Shown here piece after piece: positions 14,201-26,200 of a stretch of DNA of 64,000 nt (its first letter is position 1; each line of letters starts with the position of its first letter). The notes beneath the pieces are model-generated. The model was not told the DNA's origin, did no database searches, and worked only from the letters and a program-made list of their open reading frames with translations. Origin of the DNA: Haplodiscus bocki (Eukaryota); contig OZ296658.1 of the NCBI GenBank assembly GCA_965655095.1, positions 9,610,001-9,674,000 on the forward strand. Direction: 5' to 3'. A program made the position numbers and the translations under genes.

Positions 14201-17200
14201 GCTTGAGTCGAACTCCACCGTAGAAGCAACAATGGAAGCTCAAGACCTGAACATGTTACCCAAAGGCGGATTCGCTCTCAAAAAGTTCGACAGTAAAGTC
14301 CGCCGTGTGGTACCAACTCTCAATCAAACGAATAAACCTATCAACGATAACGTGAAGGCCTTAGCGGCCGAAGACGAGTCCTCTCACATCTTGGGATTGA
14401 AAGGGAATTATCGGTTTGATACCTTAGTTGTCAGCTGTGGAACCAGTCCCGATCATAACTGCACCGTAACCCAGAGAGTTGTATTCAGTCTTGTCTCGGC
14501 AGTGTACAACCCCATCTGACTTGTCGCACCTTAGACCGTCGAAACGACAACTGTTGAAGACATTTGGCGACTCGGCGGTCAACAATGGGATGACAATCTC
14601 CCCGATCACCTCACCGCCAAGTTCCGAGAGTGGAGCAACGAGTTAATGAAGATCCTCAGGAATTAATTGAATGGACAGGTAGAAAAATAGAGCTCCATAC
14701 CTTCGGCAGCAGCTCCCAAGACGTTTTCTCCTCAGTGGCTTTCCCTCGAGAAAAAGTGTCAAGGGGCACATATAACAAAACAGAAATTGCCTCCATGTTC
14801 GAAAAAAGCCGAGTCGCGTCGATGAAAACCTTGACTATCCCCCAGACTGGAATCAAAAGCAGCTATCTCATCTGCTCGGTTAAGAGATGAAATCCAATTG
14901 TTCTTGACAATATCTATCGAACGAACGTTTCAGTGGACCGACAGCACTACCATTCTTCAGTGGTTGCAGTCGATCGACAAATTATCAGCTTTTGCAGCAT
15001 ACCGAGTGCAAGAAATTCTAGACTTGACGTTAACAGACGAATAGAACTACGTTCAAACATCTGAGAATCCAGCCGACACTGGCACCCAAGGGCTTTCATC
15101 GAATGCTCTCGGAGAGCCATTGGCTGAAAAACCCATTCTTTCTAAAGACAGACTACTGGCCTTTCCAACGGTCATCGGACGTTTCGAACAAAATCAAAAG
15201 GAACAAGTTTGATTCCGACCAGTTCCATCTGAACCCGAAAACCAACGGACAACACAGCAAATGTCGCTGGCATTGTATCAACTTCCGAAAAGCAGGCTAT
15301 ACCTCGTACCAGAGACTTCTGCGCATTGTAGCATACATTTTTGCATTTCAGTTTTACTTTACCTAAGTTTGCTGGTAAACGAACCAAAACTGGGTCGAGT
15401 ACTGATCCGGCACAGTAAGAAGTTGCGCGACAAAAACTTTTCCTGGTCGTCCAGAACGAATCCTTCTCTCCTGGAGGAAAAATTTGCTGACGTGTTCCCC
15501 GAATCAGCAAGACTTCAACTACATTTAACATCTCTCCCTTTATTGGACCGAAAGGACGTACCCAGCAACTGAAAATTGCTAAACTCGAAACTAAATGTCC
15601 TGTGATACTTGATGATGCTCGACATCGGTTAGTTCGCTTGTTTCTACAGCATCTACATCGGACATTGCCACCACGGTATATAGTATTTAAGGGCTTTGAA
15701 CCAAAAGAAATTCTTGATTCTGAATCTTCGCACGACGTTAAGGTCTATTCAGTTGAAGTGTGTTACATGGCGCAAACGCAAAACGGAAACTTTCACACCA
15801 ATTGTGGCTCATCTCTCCGAGAAAGATTAGCCTTTAGATCTCCTCCATTCACTAAGAATGGGATCGATTACTTTCGACCTTCCCATGCGTCTGTTGAACG
15901 CTCGACGAAAAAAAAGTCCGGCTACCTTTTCAAATGCCTCACTACTCGCGCTGTCCACTTCGAAGTAGCATCATCAATGGACACCAGTAGTTGCTTCATG
16001 GGAATCGATAGATTTGTAGCCCGTCGTGGCCTCCCTGGCGTTATGTGGCTTGAGAATAGTACCAACTTCACTGCAATTGAGAAGGAACTGAACAACATTC
16101 TCAACATGAAACAGCAGACGTTGACTAATTCGATCGGGGAGAAAGGCAAAAAGTGGAAACTGAACCCTCCAGGCGCACCGCACCACGGAGATGTATGGGA
16201 ACGACTTCTGAGCAGCTTCAAACACACTTTTTATGCTATCCTCGGTAATCGACGACTGACTGACGAAAATCTCCAGTATTTTCTGTAATGTCGAGCAAAC
16301 CCTCAATGGTCGCCCGCTAGTTACAGCGAGTGCAGACGCAAGATTTAGATGCTATCGCTCAAAACCCTGTCTTTCAGAGCATAGCCGGCTCGAGCCTACC
16401 ATCGTTGGTAAAATGTAACTTTGACCACCGCAAGCGCTAAGCACGGGCGCATGCTTATTCCGATGCCATCTGGAGCCCTTGGTTCAAAGAGTACGTACCG
16501 TCCTTGAACAATAGAACCAAGTGGCCTTCACCGTCCAATTGAGACCTCAAAACAGGCGATCTTATTTTGATTGTGGAGCAAACTAGTCCGAGAGGTTACT
16601 ATTCTCTTGCGTTGTAAAATTGACGTTAGGCAGCGATGCGGTTGCTTGCTCGGCCTAAGTCCGAACTGCTTCTAGAAACTTGATCCATCTCGTTGTCAAG
16701 CTTGCTCCCGTTCCTGATTAAAATTTATTATCAACTTTACTTTCATCCTCCTTTAATCTCCTTCCATTATTAGCATAATATTTTGTTCTGGTTGCGAAAA
16801 ACGTTTGCGTAATTAGCTTCTTCGATAACGTACTACATGCAAAATCGAAAACAAAATAATTTTTCCACGTAATTTCATGTTTCATGTTCGTATAAAAAAA
16901 TCTACAAAAAATTGTGTTTACTTGAAACATTTGTCGGTGAAAACATTTCTGTTAAGCTTCCTTTTTTTTCAAAATAATTTGACACATCTCGCGCCCGGAG
17001 GATGTTACAGGCAAATAGCCAATTAACGTACCGATAAGTACGACCTCTTAGTTTAGCGATAGCGCTCGTGGCTCGAGAGTCGACGTTTCGGGTTCGATGT
17101 CGAGGGGTGCCAAATTTTTAGACTGTAAAGTTCTTTAATTGAATAAATTATCAGACAATTAAGTTAAAATTAGCACACGCTGCGTAGAAAAAAACCTTCA

Positions 17201-20200
17201 AATTGTCTTGCTATCTCAAAAAAGTTGCTTACAAACAGTGTTTGTGCACTTTGCGGTTTGTTCAGCGTTTGTACGTTGATGTTTCTCTCATTATCTGGTT
17301 CGATCGTATCACTATAAAGTCTATTAAAAACGATACTTGTTGCTTTATTTCTTAGCAAAGATTTATAGTCATAAGAGTGACTCCGAAGCCGAAGAAGCTT
17401 GAAGAGATCTATAAGATGTCTTTGACAGATTGAAAATTTAATCTGCCGATCTGGCAGAAGGGTTTGCTACGAGAATTGAATGAAAGTAGATGTAGTGATA
17501 GCTCAGTAAAAGTTGTTGTTTTACAAAAGAAAGAATTGAATTGAAGGTTCAATAGCAAACAACGTTTTCGTTAGTGAGAGTGAGATCAAGCGATTTCTGC
17601 AAAGCATTGACAAATTGTGGCAAAAAGAATACAGCGCGTGAACAAAACATGAAGACATGTTAAAGAATGACGTGTACCAAAATTAGATCATAACAAACTA
17701 AACGAAATTTTAGATTGACTTTCAACATTCTCCTCTCCTTGTTATGATATAAATTTCAGTTTCGAAATGTCAAGAATATCTAGAGACGTCGTCAAGCCAT
17801 CTCCACTCGAGAATTTGCAGTGCATTCGTGAGTTGCTGCATGAGTGTTCTGCAGTCTCGAGGCTGACGACGGAGGAAGTGCGTCTTCGGAGAGCTGAGCC
17901 GGCGGTCATAACCGACTTGGCTATCAACGTTGAGGGACCGTCAGGCGAGGCTCTGCTGAATGCTAGGGCAGTGGAGGACCTGCCGGAGGCGCTCTTCGAC
18001 AAGCGTGCTACCAAGAGGGTGTCCACTCCCGATCTGCCAGTGGGCATTCTAGATGACTTCTACATCAAAGAAGGTAGCGTGGCATGTGGTTGGCCCGATG
18101 GCTTCGGTCCCCTTAACTTTGGGTATGAATACTGATTAAAGTGATGAATATCTTGATAAAAGAAGAGTGTGATGAATTTCATTTTGTCGATTCTTTCAGC
18201 TACTTCGTCTTTGTTGAGGGGACCAGCTACAGACCGTGGCACTACGATCTCAGTGCATCGGAGACAGCTGGCGACACGATCGCAACTCTGCTGACTGGAA
18301 GGAAGATTTGGGTCTTTGCTCCAATGGGTCGAGCGTCAGCTGATCTCGTCAAGATCTGCGGTGCTATGAGATCGTCAAAGGCTATTGAAGAGTTCCTGCG
18401 ATATCTGGGGGCCATGTCCAGGACTCTAAAAAAGAAGCTGAGCTGGTGTGAAGTGGGGGCTGGCGAGACCATCTACATGCCGTACGGGTATGGGCACTCT
18501 GTGATCACTTTGTGTGAGGGTCGTCCTGCCTGTATGGTTTCTGTAGACGCCAGGGCAGATCCGGAGCGTGTTATCGCAGCTAACAACTCCGCCAATAACT
18601 TCACAGCAGTTGGCCACAGAAGAGAATACTGAGGTTGGTAATAAAATTTGTGGTAAACATTCGAATAAGTTGAAATGTATTTTTCTGAGAATGATAGGAA
18701 ACTTTCAAGAGTTGAGCCATGAAGAGAGAGTCATAATAAGCCATAAAGTGCGACTGTATGATGAAAAATGACTTTGGGGATACGGTTTTTATGAGTTAAA
18801 AATTCAGCGAAAATGAGGATTTTGAAGAAATAATGACTTGTAACAATGGAAGGAGTAGTCGGTAACTGAGAATACAGTTATGGAAGGTGTATCCCACTGT
18901 GGAGCATCCATTGACACCATAAAATCGACAATATCATCAAAAATGAAAGTGGGGATACGGTTTTTGTGGCTAAAAAACCGTAAAATTTCCAAAAATTCGT
19001 CAAAATTGAGGATTATTAGTCTTTTATTGATCTTGAGCTGGTAACAGGGTTCTGTCAGGTGACGCCAGATCCAAGGGCATTTTTCGTAGCTGGACGACAG
19101 GACGTATAATATCACCTTGTATTGTTTTGACTTTGACAACTCGGTTTGTTTCGTCATTGCCTTCATAAACTTCGATGATTCTGCCTTTCTTCCAATGTAA
19201 TGGTGGCTGATTATCCTCAGCAATGAGAACAAAATCTCCCACGGTTAATCTTTCACCATCCTTGAACCATCTTTTTCGAATTTGAAGGTGTACTAAATAA
19301 TCTCTTCTCCAACTTTTCCAAAATGACGAAGTTAATTTTTGAAGTAATCTGTACCGTTCATCTAGTTGTAAAGATATTGGCACATTGTGAAGCGGAAGAG
19401 CTTTTAGTGGTCCACCGACAAGAAAGTGAGCTGGTGTAAGGACTGAGGTCGTCAGGATCATTTGAAAGAGGGGTCAGAGGCCTGGAGTTCATGATGGCTT
19501 CTATTTGACAAAGATAGTTTGATAGCTCTTCATATGTCAAAACATGAGTTCCAACTGATCTTCTGAGATGATGTTTCATCCTCTTAACGGCAGCTTCCCA
19601 TAATCCACCAAAATGGGGAGCACGTGGTGGTATCATAACCCATTCTGTTCCATGTTCTGAACCGAAACTTCTGATGGATTGTTTTCCTTTTTCCAATAAG
19701 TCTTGGATCTTTAGTAGATCATTCCTCGCACCAATAAAATTTGTTGCATTGTCTGTATAAATTCTTTGAGGGACTCCTCTCCGTGAGGAGAAGCGCTGTA
19801 GAGCATTGAGACAGGCTTCCTTGGTTAACGATGAAACTAGCTCTAGATGAGTTGCTTTAACTGAGAAACAAACGAAAACAGCAATATACGTTTTGATATC
19901 TGGTTCTGTAATAATTGGTCCTGCGAAATCTAATCCCGTGTACGTGAAGGGCTTGGAGGGAGTGATTCGCTCACTGGGTAGGTCCGCCATAAGTTGAATG
20001 GGAGGTTTGGCACTGAATCTTTGACAAGTGATACAATTTTTGATATAAGAGTTGATTTGTTGTTTTCCCGAAATTGGCCAATATTCTTGACGTATCAAAT
20101 TGAGCGTGAGCTGCCCGCCCCCATGAAGGGAACCTTCATGAAAATGTCGGATAACCAATGTTGTAAAATGGCAAGTCTTCGGTAAAAGCACAGGAAATTT

Positions 20201-23200
20201 CTTGTTGTCACTGTATGTTGATTGCGAAAGTCGGCCACCAACACGAATGACATCGAATGTAGCATCCCAGAAGGGTGAGAGATTTTGAAGATGGCTCTTA
20301 GGTGGAAGAGCTTTGTTCTGCTTGAGCAAATTGTACTCTGACGAAAAGAATTCTTGTTGAAGCCTTGAAACGATGTGAAATTTGGAAATTTGAATGTCTT
20401 GAAATGAAATTGCGACTTCTGGCCTTTCATTTTTTCTGGTCTGCTTGTTAAGTAAGAATAAGAATCGATCCCTTGCTTTGTAAACGTAGGTCAGGGCATT
20501 GTACAGATGATTAAGATTGGAGAAGCGATGTGGATCAATGATAAAATCACATGATGGATTGGAAGCAACATAAGATGATGTATCGGTCCTGGGCTGTTTC
20601 TTTTGCTCTGGTGGGGAATCCAATTGTGTAGGCATCTTAGGCCATGCTGAGGAAGAATTGTGAAGCCATTTTGGGCCTGACCACCAGAGAGAACAGTCTA
20701 ATAACTCCTTGGGTGTCATTCCTCGAGTTGGAATGTCAGCAGGATTGGATGCAGTTGGAACGTGATTCCACTGTTGAGGCGAAATAATGTCTTGAATCTG
20801 CGAGATTCTGTTAGCAACGAATGTTGTCCATTTATTGGGAGGCTGAGATAGCCATTGAAGTACGATGGTCGAGTCAGACCATGCGAAGACAGTATAATTT
20901 CTAAAAGCGGTGAGTGATAACAAATCTGTTATCGTTTTAATGAGCTTTGATCCCAAAAGTGCAGCACAAAGTTCAAGTCTGGGTAGTGAGACTGTTTTGA
21001 CTGGTGCTACTCGACTTTTCGAGGCTAGAATTTTGATTGACACATTATTTTGGAGATCAACCATTCTTGAGTATACAACTGCGGCATAGGCTGTCTCTGA
21101 AGCATCTGTGAATAGATGTAATTCGAAATTTGTACAATCAGAAGGTGGAAGAATGCATCTTGGAAGTTGAATAGAGTTGAGTAAGGGCAATTCAGAGCGT
21201 AGTTGCATCCAACTACTGAGGATTTCATCAGGCAAGGTTTCATCCCACTTGGAACCAGTAGTCCAAGTTTGCTGCATTAAAATTTTGTATTTGATAACAA
21301 CTGGTGCTAACCACCCGAGAGGGTCAAATAGTTTTGAAAGATCTGACAAGAAAATTCGCTTGGTAAATGTTTGAATAGGGTCAAGATTGATTTGAAAATG
21401 GAATTCATCAAGGTTTGGTCTCCATTTGACTCCAAGAGTTTTGATATGATAATTCTTGTCAAGAACTTTGTCATCATCTGTGTTTTCGCGAAGATGTTTG
21501 GGTAATTCGAGGATTATCTCCGGCTCATTCGAGGTCCACTTGCGCAACTCGAGGCCGAATTTCTGGAGCTCTGCTGAAATGCCACGTAAAAGTGATCGTG
21601 CTTCTTGAATAGATGGAGCTCCACTGAGATAATCATCGACATAGAAGTCATTTTGAATGGATGTCGAAAAAAGCGTATCCCCACTCAGCTCGCCAATCTT
21701 TTTGAGGCAGCGAGTGGAGTGATGGGCCGAGGAGGTAATTCCGTATGTCACACGAGTCATGCGGTAATACTGTATGGGCTTGGATGTGTCATGTCGCCAT
21801 AAAATGCGGTGAAAATCTTTGTCTGCTTCATTGAGTCCAACTTGTCTGTACATCTTTGCAACATCTCCACTAATGGCAACCCTATGGAATCGAAATCGAA
21901 GCAAGGTGGAGAATAAATCGGGCTGTACAGTAGCTCCTACCATTAAAGATTCATTAAGCGATATGCCAGATTGACTCTTGGCAGAGCCGTCAAAAACTAC
22001 ACGTAATTTGGTAGTCGAAGAATCGTCTTTGAATACGCAATGGTGTGGTAAGTAGAAGACTTGATGCGGTAGCTTTTCCATAGCAGTTCCTGGTACCTTC
22101 TCCAGGTGCTCTAAATCAATAAATTCTTGTACAAAGGCTTTGTATTTTTGCTGTGTGTTCGGATTTGCTTGTAATCTTCTTTCGAGGGACAAAAATCTTC
22201 TTTTGGCTTGTTCAAAACTGTCACCTAGTTTTGGAACTTCTTGCTTGAATGGAAGTTTCACAATGAATCGACCTTCTTGATCACGTGTTGTTGTGGTTTC
22301 AAAGTGCTGTTCGCAAGCCACTTCTTCTTTGGTAAGAATGTTCTGTTTTGGAAGTTCCTCGAGCTCCCAAAATTTTCTTAAATCGAATTCTGAAGTAACA
22401 TGATAAGATTGTGTTGGTCGATTTTCTTCAGATGCGACTTGACCGGAAGCAACCCAGCCAAATTCTGTTTTGCGGAAGTACAGACCTTCAGTTGTTTTGA
22501 TTTTGTCTTGCAAAACAACTTCTTCAAATATATCTGCCCCCAGAATAATGTCAATGTTCCTTGATTTGAGATAATCTGAATCAGCTAATGGCGTAACTTC
22601 AATCGGGAGAGACTTGTGTTTGGGTTTATTGACAGCTGGCATTGTGGCAGCTAATTTGGGTAAAATCAAAGCCTTGACTTCAAATCTTTTTTCTGTATCG
22701 ATACTTGAGAGAAATTGAAATTTCGTTGATGCTGTTGGAGTTTTCTGAGTTTTGTCTCCAATTCCTGTGAGTTGGAGCATATGCTTTTGGCGCTTTAGCT
22801 TGAGCAATTGAGCACAATTTTCTGTTATAAATGAGCTTTGAGAGCCACTGTCTAGTAGGGCTCGGCAGGAAATAACTGTATTATCAGCTGAAATGACTTT
22901 GATCATAGCAGTGGGGAGGAGGGTACAAAAACCGTATCCCCACTCTGTTGAGTGATTGCTTTGCGTTTTCTCCGTTGGTTTTGCGAAGGTATCATCATGT
23001 AGCATGGTGTGGTGCTTTTTCTGGCATTTTCGACAAGTATTTTTGGACTTGCAGTCTTTTGTTTGGTGACCAAGACGTAAGCAATTGAAACACAACTTGA
23101 GAATTTTGACTTTTTCTGGTTTTTCAGCTAATGATAGATGCTTGAATTGTTCACACATAACGAGCTTGTGGTCTGCTTCACACGCTGGGCAATTTTGTGA

Positions 23201-26200
23201 ACTCGCATGATAATTTTGGATTGGTTTTTCTTGATGAATTTTCTCTTGATTCGAAGTTTTATTCGACTTACCAGCCGCTTCTAAGGCATTTGCTCGTTCT
23301 TCTAAGAACTTCTTGAGTTGATCCATCATTCGGATGTCGTCACCAGTGGAAGTAAGCTCCCATTGTCGCCGAGTCACGTAATCTAGCTTTTGTGAGATAA
23401 CTCGAACAAGGAAACAACTAAGTTGATCTTCTGTCTTGACTAATTCATCGAGAGCCATGGCATTTTCAACATAGCAACTGATTAAACTGCGAATTGATTC
23501 TGGTGATTCTTGGTTCAAAGGCTTGAAATTGAGAATTGCATCAATATGTGCACGAGAAATTAGACGCTTGTTTTCATACCTTTCTTTTAGAAGTTTCATT
23601 GCCACTTTGTAGTTTGCGCCGGTAATTGGAAGATGTGAAAGAAGTTTTGCAGGCTCATCTCTGAGACTGGCTTTGAGATAATGTAACTTTTGAATGTCGG
23701 GTAACGTGTCATTTGAATCAACTGCTCCCTTGAAAAGGTCGAGAAATGGTGTCCAGTTCTGATATTTTCCATCGAATTTTGGAAGATCAAATTTTGGTAA
23801 TTTCAAATTTGATGCAGTTCGAGAATGAACAGATTCTGTTCCATCATAATTTTCTGTAGGATTGTCAGAGCTGTTCTTGGCGACAAATTTCTCTAGTTTA
23901 AGCTGACGCATTCTGAATTCAAAGTCTTTTTCATCGATAATTTCCATTTCGGCATCAATATCGTCTTCATTGGCGGCTTGAATAATTTGATCGTTGATAA
24001 TGATAATTTCCTTGAGTTTGTCAGGAATTATTCGAAGCATCGTTTCCAGAGAAGTAAGATCGTCAGTGGTAAGATCATCTTTACCTTTTTCGAAGATAAC
24101 TTCTGCTTTCGTTGAGTTTTTGGTAAAGAAACCAAATAAATAGCCACGCTTTCTTTTGAGTTCGGATAAAGTGGCTGACATTTTGCTTTGCAGTTCGTAG
24201 ATTCCCGGGTCGCGGCACCAAATGTAGTGATAGCTCAGTAAAAGTTGTTGTTTTACAAAAGAAAGAATTGAATTGAAGGTTCAATAGCAAACAACGTTTT
24301 CGTTAGTGAGAGTGAGATCAAGCGATTTCTGCAAAGCATTGACAAATTGTGGCAAAAAGAATACAGCGCGTGAACAAAACATGAAGACATGTTAAAGAAT
24401 GACGTGTACCAAAATTAGATCAAAACAAACTAAACGAAATTTTAGATTGACTTTCAACAGTAGATACCCGTTATCTCGAAGGAAGACGAATTAGTTCACT
24501 CTTTAATCACTACGCCAGACTGTCATGGATCGATTTGCGAAGTGTGCAGGAAATAACTATATAGACCTTAAGCAAGCTTAATGCTTAAAAATAATCAATA
24601 GGTCTTAAGCTAATCGCTTAATGCCTAAAATTGTGTTTACATGGAACGACTTGAGAATTTTTGGAACTAAATTGAATTGTTTGACGAAATTATGCCATTT
24701 GGCACAGTAATCCCAGCATTTCCGCCGCATTCAACGAAGAGCATTTTCGGTGAATGAGCAATAATGGCGGTTAATCGACTGCTTGCTTGGATCATTTTCA
24801 TCAATTATAAGTGGGAAAAAGTGCACCTCAATCTAAAACTAACGAAAGGTCTATAATTTGGGACTTCTGTCAGTTCATAAGAAGGCAGAGTCTCGTACAA
24901 CAGCGCCCGTACTGCTTCGTGATTGGACACACAACTTTCTTTTTGATTGGCTGCCGAAGTTTCAGAGTTTGACGACGAACGCACGACTTGCTCGAGTTGC
25001 ACGTAGAACTCAGCAGGCGACTTAACGTGAGTTACAGTTCCGAGGTACTCGCAGTCATTGCGAAGAGTGATTTCTGGGATGTTGCAGTGTCGGGTCCATT
25101 CGGCTGATGCTTCGGAAAGAATGATGTCATTTGTTTCAAACAACAATTCTGTCATCGTTCCTTGATCGTCTATAAAAACAAAGTCATAAAGGAGATAAGC
25201 ATAACTAAAAAGAGAAGTTGCTCAATTCCTCTTCAAAATGTATGATAAATTTAAACCACCCGGGAACGGCCCAAATCGACGGCACCCGTAAGACGTAAAA
25301 TATCCATGAAAGGTTTTTTTTTGGAAAAATTGTGATCTTTTCGCCGAAAAAATTGGTAATATCAAGTTTTCTTTCACGTTTAAATTTTGTCGTGGGGCGC
25401 CAAAAATTTAGTAGATGTACTCGTTGCTACAATACAAAACTTATTGAGAAAGTCATTAGTTCAAACATTTTTGGTCTATGAATTTCTGGTAAATATAAAG
25501 GGGTATCACAAAAACTTTGGCCCGAAGGCCCGAAATGATTTCGTACATATAAGGTTGCTTTCGCGTTCCTGGCCTGTAGTTTTGAACCTAATGAGTGCAT
25601 GAAAATTTTCTACGAAATTATTCCGAGAACAAAACTTCTGAAAAAATCCGGATCACTCAGCATCCACCCGAAATTGACTAGCGAGAATAAACTAGAAAGA
25701 ACCAGAACATAAATCGATGGAGGAAACTGAAAACAATCCTCTCGAAATTATTTTTCAGTCTTTTTCACCAACCCATTTCAACTTCAATATCCACCCAGTT
25801 ATAGACAACTCTGAGTGCTCGGTATGTTGGATCGTTATCGGTAAGTCCGATGCCAATATACTCCAAAATTGTCGCTATTTTCGATTCATCCGGGACTACC
25901 TGAAACATGCAAATTACATACATACAAAGTCTTTCCAAGATTTCTTGCTCTTATCTAAAGGACAATGATAGAAATTCCAAAGTCGCATGATTCAAAAATG
26001 AGAAACTTGGGGAAAAAGATGAATGGAAAGTTTTGCCCATGGAAAGATAAAGTTCTTTAAAAAACATTTTGCAAACCGCAGTCTAATTTCATAAGCTCCA
26101 AAAAGTTTTCACAGCCAAAATAGTTTTCTTCGCATTTTTACCACTTTCGCATGAGCATGACAAAATAGCCAAACGTAGGCTCTAAGGTGTTTAGCGCAAG

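Larger units (their letters stand above)
17491..24459 (-). mobile_element. Full-length, young BEL/Pao LTR retrotransposon carrying an antisense JmjC gene
   Basis: 237-bp TG...CA LTRs at 17491-17727 and 24223-24459 (one mismatch seen by eye); 5-bp TSD GTAGA (17486-17490, 24460-24464); PBS, PPT and BEL/Pao gag-pol on the minus strand. Confidence 0.97.

Noticed and set aside
18141-18199. ORF-track start of the 163-aa JmjC ORF (MMNILIKEEC...)
   Set aside because: This N-terminus is AT-rich intron sequence; splicing to 17767-18122 gives a better model.
18804-19232. 142-aa minus-strand ORF after pol as an env-like gene
   Set aside because: Overlaps the integrase tail in another frame, is short, and has no signal peptide or TM/fusion features.
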